Shown here in pieces: positions 25,033 through 38,368 of a stretch of DNA of 64,000 nt. A program made the position numbers and the translations under genes. Within the stretch, counting starts at the first letter, position 1, and every line of letters begins with the position of its first letter. The DNA is from Aplysia californica. Lineage: Eukaryota. Under the pieces are notes generated by a model. The model searched no databases and was not told the origin of the DNA. It saw nothing but the letters and a program-made list of their open reading frames with translations. The stretch covers positions 1,025,013 through 1,089,012 of the forward strand of contig NW_004797490.1 of the NCBI RefSeq assembly GCF_000002075.1, in the 5' to 3' direction.

Positions 25033-25426
25033 TCCCCCTGGGGCAGTGCCACTGACAGTAGTGTCTAGGCCATTCCCAAAGGGGGGACATTTCTCGTTCA
25101 AGCATAGTAGAATTGTAAATGGGCTGACTCATGTCACACTCATAACTGCCTGATCTACAACAGGGAACTGCTGCTTTTTCTTTTCTGATCCTTACTATTG
25201 TCATTTTCCTCTACTTCTTTTGTATGTTTGTCACTCTCTTGTGACCTGCTATTTCCGGGGTGCCTTGATAGTCGAAGCAGACCTTGTGCTGTTGAAGCTA
25301 GAGGGGTGAGCAGTCTAAGTCTGATTCCCTGTAAAGACTTCTCTGTTGACACCCACCCCTTGGCGCTCATATGACCTTATGCAGTTGCGAGCACCGTAAA
25401 ACCCTCTACTAAGTACTATAAAATAA
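25033..25426 (+). mobile_element. Non-autonomous retroposon family B, full length (~390 bp)
   Basis: Head CCCCCTGGGGCAGTGCCACTGAC with no tRNA boxes; shared tail GGCGCTCATATGACCTTATGCAGTTGCGAGCACCGTAAAAC; 12-bp TSD AAACAATAATAC. Confidence 0.9.
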
Positions 25427-28379
25427 AAACAATAATACAGATTGTATGCTGCTAATTGCAAGGTTTTTTATTTTATTTACTTTGTCTGTAGTGCTACTTC
25501 TCAGCTTATGGTTAATTGGTACTTATATATATTTAAAGCAGAAAACTACGATGTCAGATCATTATGCAGTTGCAAGCGTTGTAAGATGTCTCATAAAACT
25601 AAAACTCAGACCAATCACAAGGAGGGTCTGACATGGTTCACCAAGTCAGTTTCCCAGCTACTGAAAGCCTCAGTTACTCCTTTGTTGAGGTTCTTTTTGT
25701 GTTTAGTTTTCATGCTGGATGTTCCTCCTCAGGCGTTGTCACATCCAGTGTCCAGCTCCCTCCAGATTACCTGCCTCTCAGTTCTGTACACATGTATAAA
25801 TAAGTCTGTTAGATTCCACCATATTTTCGTTCACCCTCGCCTATTTAGTTTTAGTAGTGGGTGCCTGGAGTTGGAGATGAAGCAAGGGAAAATACAGACA
25901 CGTATTTGTTTTCTTTTTCAGTGACTTATTCCAGTTTTATAGCTTTTTGTGCAAATTGACCCCCCAAAAAAATGCTAAAACTGAGTGTTATGGTGGTTAC
26001 CTGTAGAGCCCAGAAAACTGAGTGTAGGCCTACTTGTCAAATTTGAATATCGAGTGTTCCTGATTTTTTTTTACCTGTGGAACCAGAAGGCCAAACGTTC
26101 TACCACACCACGTCATAAATTAGTCTAACCAATTAGAGAGACTTTTTAAAAGAAGGCAAATGGAGGGTTGGGTACCTCTCTTAGTGCCAGTCCATCCTGC
26201 ACTGCACCTTTGTACTCTAATGTTGGTGTGCATTATGAGAACATCTAGTTCATTCTTGCCCTCACAAGAATGTTATCCAGGGCATGAGGAGTGATGGGGC
26301 AGGGTCCAGAGAGAACACGGCACAGCGTTCAACATGTAGTTGTAGTGAGAATGTTAATTTATAAGTTGTTGGTTTATTTAATTTAATTTTCACTTTTAGA
26401 TTTATTTTTTTAGAGTGTGTTGCATGGAACTGGAAAGTATTGGTCATCATATGCACATCATTTAAAAATGTTCTGAATTGTTTCTTTGTGCTAGAGAATA
26501 TAGATCTAGATGTATATTATTTTTATAAGTAAGAATTTTGTGCTCACAAATGGTCTGTCTTGGGCATTTTTGTTTAAAAGTTGTTCTCTGTACATTTTTT
26601 TTTTTTATTTAACATTTGTCATACTGCTAAATGTGAGCTTTTGTGTGCCCTCTCACTATTTTTCCTGTGCTGTATTTTAAAATGTACAGTACACGTGATG
26701 CCAAACAAATTGGGAGTCAGTGTTTACTTTATTGTGTTCTGGTACATTCTTACTTTGACATTGTGTTAGTTGACATTCTTACCTAAACTGACCAGATACA
26801 TGGTGAGCTCTTTGCATTTAGTGTGGACCTGTGCGCCTGTACTTATTGACAGGGGCACACAAGCCTCTCAAATGAAACTCAAGAAAACTGCTGATGAAGA
26901 TAAGTTTCGTAAGGGAAAAATGCATGATGACCAGTTTCAGTGGGTTGCAATGTTTTATGGCAGCATGAGTATCAAGTATTATGAAATGCCATTGCATGCC
27001 ATCTTTGATTTTTTTTAAAATACACTACTTTTAAAGTTTTGTAGAGTAGCAATGGTGAAAATGAAAAATTCAAGAGTATTAAAATGTTTTTGGGACAATG
27101 TGAAAATGGATTGACGAGGTTGGTTCACAAACTTCCCTACACTCTGATGTGTGACTTTTACTTTTAGTGGGGGGTTTTTGTAGCTGACATCTACTGGTTA
27201 ATTAGGCAAATTGTTTTGTCGGTCAAATGATCACATTTTGTACGAGATCTTAGTAAACTGATTTGTTGTGATATCACCTGTGGTGTATTCTCTCCTTGTG
27301 TTTTTCAATAGTGAGACATAATATCTTCACCATTACAAATATGGCTGAGTTCTATTGTACGGGTATTGTAAACAGTGGTTTATGATGAGCACCCACCTCC
27401 TGTCATATCGGTTCACTTTGTATCCAGTTTTCTTTGTAAACTTAAATTTTCTTTTTACGGTTCCCCTCTGACTCTGAGATTCTGGTTCGACAGGCCAAAG
27501 TCAGCTCAGTCCGTTTGTGAAACTATCAGCTCCTTACATGATCTGATTTTCAGGCAATAATTTTTCAGAGGGCTGCTTATACTTTTAAGTCTGAACTCTG
27601 TTAATCAGCCTAGCTCACTTAGTTACTCCTGTTGATTTGAAGCGGGTAGGGGGATTTTTATTTGATTACGGGCTGTTCTGTTCAAAATTATGATGGTATA
27701 GTGGCTGGTAAGATCTCTTTCATTTTCATTTAACAGTTTGCTCCCTGAGGGTCTGGGTCTTAGGCAGAGACTATAGGAGTGAAAAAATTGATAAAAGCCC
27801 AATGAAAAAGGTTTTCTGTTATGACTGAGAAATTGAGTTTTGGTGAACGAATGATTGTCAGTTTGTCTTGAATATGGCAGTCTTAAAATTTGACTTTCAG
27901 TTTTGTCAAAATTTTCTTTCATAAAGTGACTTTTACAGACCAGCAAGGTCATATAGTTTGAACCTATCTCCATGATTTTTACTATATCGAAGACTGCCAA
28001 CAGTACCAAATAAAATAATTATTTTGAGCTATCTGTTTTTGAAGTCCAGTGTGATGAATGTCTGTGCCTTTCAAACTCAGTACCGGGTACGTTCTTTTCC
28101 AAAATGAGAATGATCGTTTGCCACAATCACAAGCTGAAGCTGTTCCACTTTAGCTTTAAATGTTTTACGTCATAAGAAATAAGAAATGATGGGCTCACCT
28201 GGTATGTGTACTAGTGGCAATGGTACTGACTATGGTTTTATGTTGTTCATAATGCATTGTCACCTTTCTAGCATAAGATTTTTAAATTGATTATTTTGTT
28301 GTAGTGTGTTAATATAAAATGTGCATGGACAGGGTGAAATGTGTTTTGTGTGTCAATGCTGAACAAACTATACTGGACA

Positions 28380-28385
28380 AATAAA
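28380..28385 (+). terminator. Candidate distal poly(A) signal of the 484/490-aa gene
   Basis: AATAAA followed by a GT/T-rich tract (tctgtgtttttttctttgtt) at the end of a long T/G-skewed region starting at 18430. Confidence 0.45.
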
Positions 28386-28557
28386 CAGTTGATTTGTACG
28401 AGTCTATTTCTGTGTTTTTTTCTTTGTTCACCTGGTAAAATAGTTACTTAATGTTTCATGAAAGTATCCTGAATTTTTATGCCTTGAAACTTTAATATTG
28501 AAATTTTATAGGCTTTAGAAAGTAAAGTCGTTTTAAGTTATAAATCTTAGCTGGAAG

Positions 28558-29997
28558 CTGGCCCCGCGGAAAATTGCATTTTTGAAATAAAAAAATTGCA
28601 AGGTAAACCGCCTAAAATTTGCTAAAAATTGCAACCTTCCCATCCCAGGCGCATTTATACGCGCTTAACATTTTTAAAAATCATGACAATATTTGTAAAG
28701 ACTTTTAAATGAAGGCATAAAATTTGACCAAATTTTGTACATATCTGGTACTTGGTTCATGCAAAAATCTAGACGTGTATGAGGTTTAGTCTATAAAAAA
28801 CAAAAAAAATTGACAAGAGATTTTGGAAACAACCTCTAAATACAAAATAAGCTTATGCTCCAATCAAATCAGATCCTGTTCTATTTTTCTCTTGAAACTT
28901 TCGATACACCGGTAATCTATATTTATATCTATTTCAGATATTTTCTGTTTTAAAACCGGCATGGTATTGGTATTGTTTTAAACCTAAGTCAAATCGTAAT
29001 ATACAGCAATTTTTTTTTCTATTTATAAACAATAGTAATACATGTACAAATGGAGTTCTAGATCATTTCTATAGCACCCATTCCCGTGTGAACGCAGCTT
29101 AAGGCGTTTTACATAACGGAGTGTTTACATACATGGTACGTGGGCACGTAGTCTCAGTGTCACGTACATGGTAAGCGGGCAGTTAAGAATTCCAAGTTCA
29201 GTTTTTGTCATCCGGTGTTGCCTTTAACTCCAGCTCTTCCCCCCCCCCCGACTGTACATTTTTTTAAAATCAATAATTCTCCCATTCCGGAGCCCTATAC
29301 TTCGTAGCGCACAGACTTTGAATGAACTTTGGTGACCCCAACCGGTACTCACAATGTGATGCGAAAGCACAGGTTCACTGACCGGTAACGATGGCGAGCC
29401 CGACAAGACGCGAGTATAACTTTCTTTTTTTTTTATTTCAACAAGTACAGCACAGGACAAATATTATTGGTTAATTTTCGTTCCGGTGGGTTACCGTGTA
29501 CGTAGATACTGAGACTAGGTGCCCGGTTACCGTGTATGTAGACACATGCATCATGTACGAACAATATTCACGCGCGCGCGCGCACTCACACGCACACACA
29601 CTCACGTACACATCACACACGCACACACCTACTTTCTTATCACACGCGCACGCTTACACACATTAGATAAAGGCCTAGCCAAGAGAAGGCCACCTTCTCG
29701 GCCTAGCCAATGTCTCAGTTTGTGTTGTACAATATGATGCATTCCGGCCTGAATTTCCGGTTATAGTAGTTATAGTTAGCTTTTAGAGTACGCTCAGTAG
29801 GCTTGAGCTGGGCTGATACCATGATTTCCGTAGGCCTGTCGGCTCTGTACTCGCACCATTTCGTATTTAAAATTCTGTTAAAATTAAAGCGTTGATGTAT
29901 TTTTTGCCTAAAATTGCAAGAAATTGCGAAACTTGCAAAAATTGCGGAACTCGACGAAAAACGCGGCCGCAAGTACCGCGATTTCCTGGAGGGCAAG
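28558..29997. mobile_element. Non-autonomous DNA transposon with 8-9 bp TSD (hAT- or MULE-like)
   Basis: TSD GCTGGAAG(C) at 28550 and 29998; imperfect TIR CTGGCCCCGCGGAAAATTGC / GCGATTTCCTGGAGGGCAAG; AAATTGC subterminal repeats at both ends. Confidence 0.75.
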
Positions 29998-30794
29998 GCT
30001 GGAAGCCAGGCTTCTTTGAATCATTTTTATTGCAGTTCAATTGAAATTAAAACATTCATATGTGTCGATTTTGCGTAAAAATCCAGAAATCCGGATTTTG
30101 CTCAACATCTTGATTCAAGATCTATTACTATTACTATTAGTATTAGAGTTAGACAAGATGATCAATAAATTTTTAGTCCTTGCACTCGTGTTTCCACGGG
30201 ATCTTAATATATTTTAAGATTGGTGATTGAACAAAAATTTTACAACACCATTTGGCACCCGACCTCTGAACATTTGAAAATTGAAGAAAGTTGCAGTTTT
30301 TTTTATAGTCTTGTGTTCCCCACTAAAAGTTCAAGTTACTTTGTATATAGTATAATATAGTAGCTCTCTTGGCTCTCCTGCATTCAGACCAAAGATGCAC
30401 ATGTCTGTCTCTTAAATTAACAGAAGCTGACTGAAGTCATCAAGTTCATTCAACACCATGTCTTAGTTCGCGCTAGAGTCCCTTTTTCGTCTGGGGCAAA
30501 TTGAGGTCACATGATGACTGGTCTAATTTTGTAATTTCTCAGGTATTGACGAATTTTGCCAAATACTAGTAGTATAATGTTTTCACATTAAAATTAGACC
30601 AGGAGTATGATTATGATATCCAATTTAACGAGATTTTTTTTAAAAATGTATTCGAAAAAGTTAGCTTGGCTGAACTTGCCCTACTAAACGGGACTTAGTA
30701 AAAAAAAAATATGACCGTCACAAAGCCAGCTAGACAACTCCCTTCAACAGTAGGGCCCGGGACTTCAGTCTGAATACTAGCCAGAAAAGATATA

Positions 30795-32535
30795 CAGTGG
30801 AAACCATATATAACAGGCCCGGTAATAACAGGGATCCGGTAATAACGGATTTTTTAAATCCCCGGTTTTTCCTACTCTTTGTCTCTATTAAAAGTTGTCG
30901 GCAATAACAGGGCCTCATCGGAGCCCAACCGGTTATAGCAGGGACAAAAGCTCGCTAACAATGTGTAAAAAGTAAGAGGAGAGAGAGAGCAAGCCCACGC
31001 AAGCCATGCCACTGCAAGCACACACAGCAGTGTGAAGCGGGAGTTCAAAGCACACACACATGCACCACACCACACTTTGACTGTTCACTAACATCAGTTC
31101 ATCATAGCTCATATGTGTACATCTAAGCTTAACGCGCTCTGTGGACTAAGCCTACTTCTTTCATTATGGCCACCAACGATGTCAAGCGCAAGAGAAAATG
31201 CCTTTAAATGGACAAAATATATGAAATAATCCAGGCTGTTGACAAAAAACAAGCTCCACTTGCAAGATTTGTCGTCAGTTCGGCCTTCAACAAAAAATTG
31301 AACAAGGTTCGATTCACACCATTATCAAGGATAGAGACAAGATAGTGGCAGCATACTTCAATGGAAAGTTTGCTCTGGATCGAAAGAAAATGAGACTACC
31401 CGATGCAGATGCTGTCGACCAAGCTCTTCTGATGTGGTTTAAGCTGACATTAGTAACATTCCATATGCCCGAAAAACCGATGCGAATTTCGCGTGCGAAC
31501 TATTTTTTTCGCACCAACCTTTTCGTCATTGTGTAAATCCATATACCGGAATTTCGCATGGCCGAGTCCGAAATTCGCATACGAAGATTTTGTTTCGCAC
31601 AAGGGAGCGAAACTTTTTTCTTCGGCACCCGAATTCTTCGTGAAGTGGGCGGGGTTAATTTCCCGCCAAATCTACTTCAAAGGAACGAAGCAGCAGGGAA
31701 GCACTGGGTAAGTGGGAAAACGTCGAAATGTTGATTTCCTTTGTTCGAGAGAGAAGTGTTAAAACTAAGACTGAAAAGAGGTGTTTATTTTCAAGATGGC
31801 TGCCCTTTCCATGGCAACCACTATTTTTTTTTAAAGTTTGTGGGAAACTTTCGGGAGTCTATGTAATCTGTCTATGCTATCATTTATCGTTTAAATCATG
31901 TAATAACAAAAATAGCATTTCACTTACCCCCCCCCCCCCTCCTTTATTGCACTTGAATATAGCTTCTAACATACATTAATTATAACTTAAGATTGCTGTC
32001 TGTGCCGCCGCCACATCAGCCAGCGCTGTCGATGATAGGACCGTAGCTTCGAAAAGAAAACGACCCAAGAAAGCAAAGCTTATGAAGGAAGGACCATCAT
32101 CAAGTCTGGACGAGGCAATTTAAAGCCTGAGTAGGAACAGGAGTTCTAACAGCAAAATTATCTCGTTTTCAACGTAGAGTGCTTGCTCTGACTGAACTGG
32201 TGCTGTGATTTCAGTCAGAAAAGACGGATATGAATTTCGGGTATATGGAGGAGGGCTCTTTTTTCATCGCACGCGAATTTCGTGTACGAAATTCGCACTC
32301 GAAGTTCGCATCGGTTTTTCGGGCATATGGAATGCCAGCTTTAGGGAGGCATGGAGAAATTGGTGCCAAAACCCCTGATCGTGGGTACCTGTGGCAAGGG
32401 GAACTGCCCATGAATAAGTACAGCTGGATTAGTCCACAAATGCTTACTTTCCTTGCTTTTCTGATTTAACAGGGATCGGATATAACAGGACTTTTCTTCT
32501 ACTCCCATCATCCCTGTTATATCAGGTTTCCACTG
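30795..32535 (+). mobile_element. pogo/Tigger transposon relic (internally deleted)
   Basis: TA TSDs; TIR CAGTGGAAACC..TATAACAGG; frameshifted psq/CENP-B HTH remnant from 31166 (MATNDVKRKRKCL...RKKMRLPDADAVDQALLMWF|REAWRN). Confidence 0.85.
31442..32340. mobile_element. PIF/Harbinger (Tourist-like) MITE inserted in the pogo relic
   Basis: 3-bp TSD TTA; TIR AGCTG.CATT..CCATATGCCCGAAAAACCGATGCGAA; removing it restores the transposase frame LLMWFREAW. Confidence 0.85.
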
Positions 32536-32939
32536 TATATATAATATGTATAAATATATAAATTCAACTGGTCCATCTGTGTGGTGGATGGAAAGATAAT
32601 TGGTTTGAATGCATAGTTATTCATTCCTTCTCAGGCCTTCAAGGGATTAGTGGTCAGCGATCACATGCTATCAACTATGTTCTCTTTATGCCTAAAGGCC
32701 TTCTCTTTATAAATAGAGCCCTAAGTAAAGAATTACTACATGGCATGTAATAATATGGCAGAAAATGCAAATTGGACCTACACTATAACAAAAATGGTGA
32801 AGTCTTTCTTATCTTATGAAACAGTCGTCAGTGAGCATGTTGTGCTATATTCTGGGCTGGAAAGTCTTATAGTATACTATACTCTTAAGTAAATATAAGT
32901 TATACAGATAAAACAGAGATAAGTTGTACACTGACATTG

Positions 32940-33126
32940 CAGGTTGTTGACAGGTGCTCTGGTATGGTTTGCTCCTTCTTTCCTATCAAACATTTATTGT
33001 CTGGATCTCCCTTCCTTCTTTTTTGTGTTAGTTACTCTCTTGTAACACCTCTAATCTTCAGCACTTCTATGACCTTATTGTGTTGCAAGTGCCATATATA
33101 TAAAAAGCTAAATAAAACAAAAACAG
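32940..33126 (+). mobile_element. Short retroposon family C
   Basis: 14-bp TSD GTACACTGACATTG; head CAGGTTGTTGACAGGTGCTCTGG; degenerate shared tail. Confidence 0.8.
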
Positions 33127-34589
33127 GTACACTGACATTGGATGCCCATATTCTCCATATGCCTCTCCTAACATGCATAAGCGCCTATGAACTCAACATG
33201 CATGTTGTTCGCATAGGATTAGGATAGGAAGCATAATTCATGTAGAAATTTTATCTTATTGTCCAACTCTGTCTATTTTCCTTGATATAGCCTGAAATTC
33301 GAACATAACGAAAAGAATTCTGCATCCCACCGATTTTGCTATATGCGTGTTAGACTATTTAAGCTGAAGCTTGCATGGTAAAAAAACTCACTTCGTTTCG
33401 ACATGCACAATTTCTGTACAATACATGTGTTTGCACATTTGTCTGGAATCAAACACTGTATGGTTTTGGGTTTTTCTGATCAGTGTATTTAACCCTTACA
33501 TGCACACATGTCTGAAATCAAACACCAAATTTCCATGGGTCTTTCTGATCCGAACTGAAACTTAAATACAGTGGAATCCTGTTATAACGAGAGGGAGGGG
33601 ACCGGTGCGAAATGTCCGTTATAGCAGGATTGTCGTTACAAGGGATCCAGTAATAAATTCAAGGGAAATAGTAAAGTAGGCCTAATCTATGAGTTTGGCG
33701 TTCTGTTTATTCCTTTTTGTGTTTCCCCTGATGATGATTTGGTTCAACATGAATTCTAGGTCTTACTTGATCAAAAATGGAATTTGGTGTCTTTCTCTAG
33801 CACTAGCAATGTTGACAGCTCGGCGTTGGAGATCAGAAAGAAGGGGCTAAGGCTCTAGGCTAACTCGCCCGCTGTGTTGTCTCCAACCCCATCACACCCT
33901 GTTAGTCCACTGTCCAGACGAAATAACCCGTCACTAATTGCAACAGAAATAATTCCGACGCGAAGTGGTAGAAAAGGGTGTTCTGAACACCCACCATAAA
34001 TTATACCTGTTTAGGGTCTGGCTTTTCTGAGATATTGGTCATTTTCTACTGACCAATTTCTGTTCTAACCCTCGAGGGTTTCCATAACTAAAAAGACGTT
34101 TTTGCTGGTTTACATCCGGGCATTCCACGGGAAGTGATCAACTTTTCCTGGAAACCTTGACACCTTTCTTCCCGTGATACACTTAACCCTAATAGATAAT
34201 TGACGCATTTTCGCAGAAGTTTAAAGCCAGATGTGCCTTTTTGTGTAATATGCAATTTTAACATGAGTTATAGAAATAAGCTATATCGAAAGAATTGCTT
34301 TGTTCTCACATGTAGGTTTTAAAATCAACAAAAACAAACAAACGCCTGTGCTAACACACAGACGTGTGCGCTAAAGTATGGAAGCCCGTTATGGTTAAAA
34401 AACAAAAGAGTGTTTCTATGAAATACTTATTTTAGTAGATCAATAGGTCCATGGGTTTGGATCTAGATCTATGTCTAATTTAAGTACATGTAGAAATGAC
34501 TTGAGTCTAGATCTAGATATCTCAGTCGTTCATTCATACTAGTTTTCGGCATTGTTTGTATTATTTGTATGTGACTGCGTGCCTGCGTT

Positions 34590-34617
34590 AGTGTGTGTGT
34601 ATGTGTGTGTGTGAGTG

Positions 34618-34669
<52 letters not shown>
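34590..34669. repeat. (TG)n microsatellite
   Basis: Directly visible. Confidence 0.95.
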
Positions 34670-34672
<3 letters not shown>

Positions 34673-34789
34673 TTCAGATAGGCCTACAGTCTGGACTAGA
34701 TAAAATGAATTTGTTGTTCTTTTGTTCCTCGCATTGTATAGTCTCCATTTTAACCAGCACGATCGTTCTTGTAGTCCCCATGCAAAATA

Positions 34790-37275
34790 ACACAACAAAA
34801 CACCAATTATAACATTTGACCAGCCTTTGTGGTGGAAAGTGTTGAAAATCATTGAAGGCGAGCCTGAAAATAGTGTTTGCTGTGTTTAGAACCGCTTCAT
34901 GTGGAAATGAGCTTCCTCGCGTGCATCGGGCATCTCACTAGAAGTCGAAGATACTCAGTCTAGCCGTGAAGGTTCAAGTGAAAATTACTCTCTACCAGAT
35001 ATTTTTTCAAAACATCGATGCCGCAACACCTGATTCACCGGCATCGAATAACGACTTGCAGGTTTTATTAACTTTATACAAACAACTTTTGGCAAACAAG
35101 TTGTCTGTCAATGATCTGAAGGGCAATGAACTTCTTCTTGGTTTGGCGAAAAAAGTCGAAGATCACGCAAGTACTCTCATCAGTAGAACGAGCAAAGTGT
35201 GGCTTCAATGTATGGCAATGGTTGACATCTTAAAGATATCTCTTAAAGCAGAGAGAGAACGAGCAACTGGTTTTTACATCTTTCTACTGTTCACCAAATG
35301 TTACCCTATCTAGGTGCGGCAGGACACCATTACAATTTATACACACAATTAGCATTCTTGTACCTCCAGATGATGAACCAGCTAGGAGAGACTCACCCTC
35401 ATATCTATAAGAGTTTTTCAGACGGCCATCACGTAATTTGGCGAAGTGATCTCTTGAACTTTAAGAGGACTTTCTTCAGATTTAGCCATTGAACAAATGT
35501 GAATGTGAAGTGTCAAATCAACCGGGGGACTGACAAGAGGCAGGGGAATCAGCAAATCACAGACTGCAACGTGGCTTCTGTCAATGCCAGCTTGCGCAGA
35601 ACTAAATAACGCCATGCAAAAAGTGACAGGCACGTCGCGTCTCTCAAGTGAACAGCACAAAGAACTGAGTCCATCGAGATCCGCAAAGGATGCCCAGGAT
35701 ATGATGGCTGTTACCAAGTTTCATTATGAGAGAAATCCGTTGGCTGAAGACGCTAGTCTGAGAAATATCGTTACGGGGGTGGTTGCAGAAACAGCTGTCA
35801 ACGTTGACAAAGCACAAGATGTTGGTCAAACTATTCTCAGCAAAATGGAAGGTGGATCAGTCTCAGAATTGTCCTTGAATAAAAAAGACAAAGTTGTTGT
35901 AATGGCTGCAAAGACAGCTCTATAGAGTAACCACGACCCTGTGACTATTGATTCTCAGTTGTTGTTTCAGAGATTTGTGACAGCTGCAACTTCAAAATAT
36001 GAAGACAAGATAGAGATTTTTAAACGCGACCTTTACAGCTACCCCTTGTCATTGTCTGAATATCCTTCATTAATCCAAAAAATCAGCTCTGCTAGAAGAA
36101 CTTAGGAAATCAAGGACAATGATTATGCCTGATCTGCCATCACCAGCTAACCTGCAGATCGTCGTTTGATGGAGGGTCTTTACTGCAGCGCATTCCCTGG
36201 CAACGAGGGAGCACCTTCATTAGTATTATCGAGACATAATATGCTTCTTATGTCAGCAGGAGTTATCCAAACGCAACCTTTGTTTTTTATGGATATTTGT
36301 CTAGACTCTCGACAAAAGATATGACACAGCTCAAAATAGCCAAAGGAATTACAGGACAAGCTGTTCATTTTAAGTTAGACATGGTTCTCCAATCTTCAAA
36401 GGATCTTTTTCTTGTCAACAAAGAAAATAAGCAACGTTTTTATCAATGCCCTCTGGTCAGTGCGTGAAGACAGAGGACACATTGTCATGTACAGCAAATG
36501 TGATGCTGACTTTAAGATTGTCCAAGCAGGAATTAAGTGTGCGCAGCACAAAGATACCGCTGTAATAGGAGAAGATACAGATATTCTCCTTCTGTTAGCA
36601 CCTTATGCAGAAGAACTTGCTCATAAAATTTATTTCTACTCGAACAAAAATATCCCAGCTTAAAAATGGAGCAATGGGATATTAAAAAATTAATTCGCTC
36701 TTTCTCCATTCCTTCTCTGGCTGTGACACCACCTCAAGACCATTCGGTATCGGGAAAGGCACTACTTTGAAAAAGTTCCAACAAAATGATGCTCTTAGAA
36801 TCTTCAGTACAGATTTTATGACAAACCAATCTGCCTTAAGCGTTGCTGCTTCAGGCAAGAAAGCCGCTGTGCTTCTGTACAATGGAAAACCACAAGAAAG
36901 TCTTGAGGAGAAACTACGCCATCGTGCCTTCTGCATAAAAGTTGCAACAGCCACAACATTTATACAGGACCGTGCACTTCCTCCGACATCAGTTGCATCT
37001 AAGTATCAAAGCCTAAGAGTGTATCTTCAGGTGCAACAGTGGATGAGAAATGTTACGCTTAATCCCGCAGAATGGGGATGGAAATATGAGGATAGACATT
37101 ATGTTCCCATCATGACCACCTTGTTGGCAGCACCACCAGACCTTCTGAAAATTTGCTAGGTACCTACAAGGACAACTGTGACACCCGACGCTGCTCCTGT
37201 CGGAAACACGGACTGGAACGCTGACAAGCATTTGCAGAGTGCTATGGTATCCGCTGCCTCAATTCACAAAACATT
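34790..37275 (+). pseudogene. Academ transposase pseudogene
   Basis: Fragments TFDQPLWWK, GGLTRGRGI, DADFKIV..GEDTDILLLL, HSFSGCDTTSRPFGIGKG (XPG/H3TH-like), LPPT..LRVYLQVQQW..PAEWGW and a Cys-rich C-terminus; many stops and frameshifts. Confidence 0.82.
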
Positions 37276-38362
37276 AGTTTTGTATAGAGGATACTTACAT
37301 GTAGCCCACTTTTCTTATTGTGAAATAGTAGATATCATAATATGTTTATTAACGCATTTTAACCTGTTCCGCGTGTCACTGTACTACATGTATTTATGTA
37401 ATTCATGTCGATGTATAGTCATCATGGTCCAAAACTTAAAATAGTGTCTTTCTAATTATATTTTGTCTTAATGACTGAGTGTCATACTTAATGTAACTTT
37501 ACGATATTCGCAAATAGCTCGCTCTGGTCATAAATAATCACAAATGTAGCTTTCTAATTAAAAAGACAAGATTCCAAGCTTTAATATGAGATGCGACACG
37601 ACGGGGGTGTGTTAAGTATTACTTATCCTATGTATGTTATGTTATTGTGACGTCATTGAAAGCCTAATTACACCATTATGCCTCATCCGATTTTGGTATA
37701 ATTTTGTACAGTGTATCTTGGCATCCCAATAAACTGTTTACCGCAAACAGAAATTCTGTTGCAATTAGTGACGGGTCAAGGTGATTTTTGTGCTAGGGAC
37801 AGTAGCCTATGTGGTACGTTGCGTCTGCTTGCGCACGTCACACATTCACTCCATCTATCACAGCATTGTGACCTCTCCATCCCGCACCAGAGAAGTGAGA
37901 GGCACGGTAGATCTATGCCTAGATAATCTAGACTGGGCTGGCCTATCACGCGATGCGTTCTGCTTGTCTGCGCATGCCACTCCCTCCCCACTCATTCGCT
38001 CAAGCCTTCATTGTTGGTTCACGTGGGCTCACCCATTCTTAATTTCGCTGGATAAACAACAACTCTCTCAACTGGCAAGGTTTTATAATATGTAATTGGT
38101 TTGTGCGCTGGGCACAGCAGCAGCAATATTCCGTTAAAACCGACTCGCGTGACGGTCTGATTGCGCAATAGCAATATTTTATTTACAAAAATAAAGAAGG
38201 ACAAAAAACGGGGTTTTAGAATAGTGTCTTTATAACAGACTTCTCGTTGTTTCAGGACTCGTTATAAGTGGACTCCACTGTAGTTCATGCAAAAAAGAAC
38301 AGTGATATAAGTGAACATACAAAGACACACATAAGAACAGCTTGATTACAAAGCATTTTCTC

Positions 38363-38368
38363 TTTATT
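38363..38368 (-). terminator. Candidate ancestral poly(A) signal of tafazzin
   Basis: AATAAA on the minus strand followed by GT-rich gttcttatgtgtgtctttgtatgtt; 38345-40347 has minus-strand UTR-like skew. Confidence 0.5.

Larger units (their letters stand above)
33903..37809 (+). mobile_element. Academ-superfamily DNA transposon (internally deleted, decayed)
   Basis: Termini TAGTCCACTGTCC / GGACAGTAGCCTA; 3-bp TSD TGT; perfect 23-bp subterminal IR ACCCGTCACTAATTGCAACAGAA. Confidence 0.8.
33569..38280 (+). mobile_element. MITE family M1, copy 2, split by an Academ insertion (33569-33902 and 37810-38280)
   Basis: Both halves are colinear with 14618-15432; TA TSDs. Confidence 0.9.
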
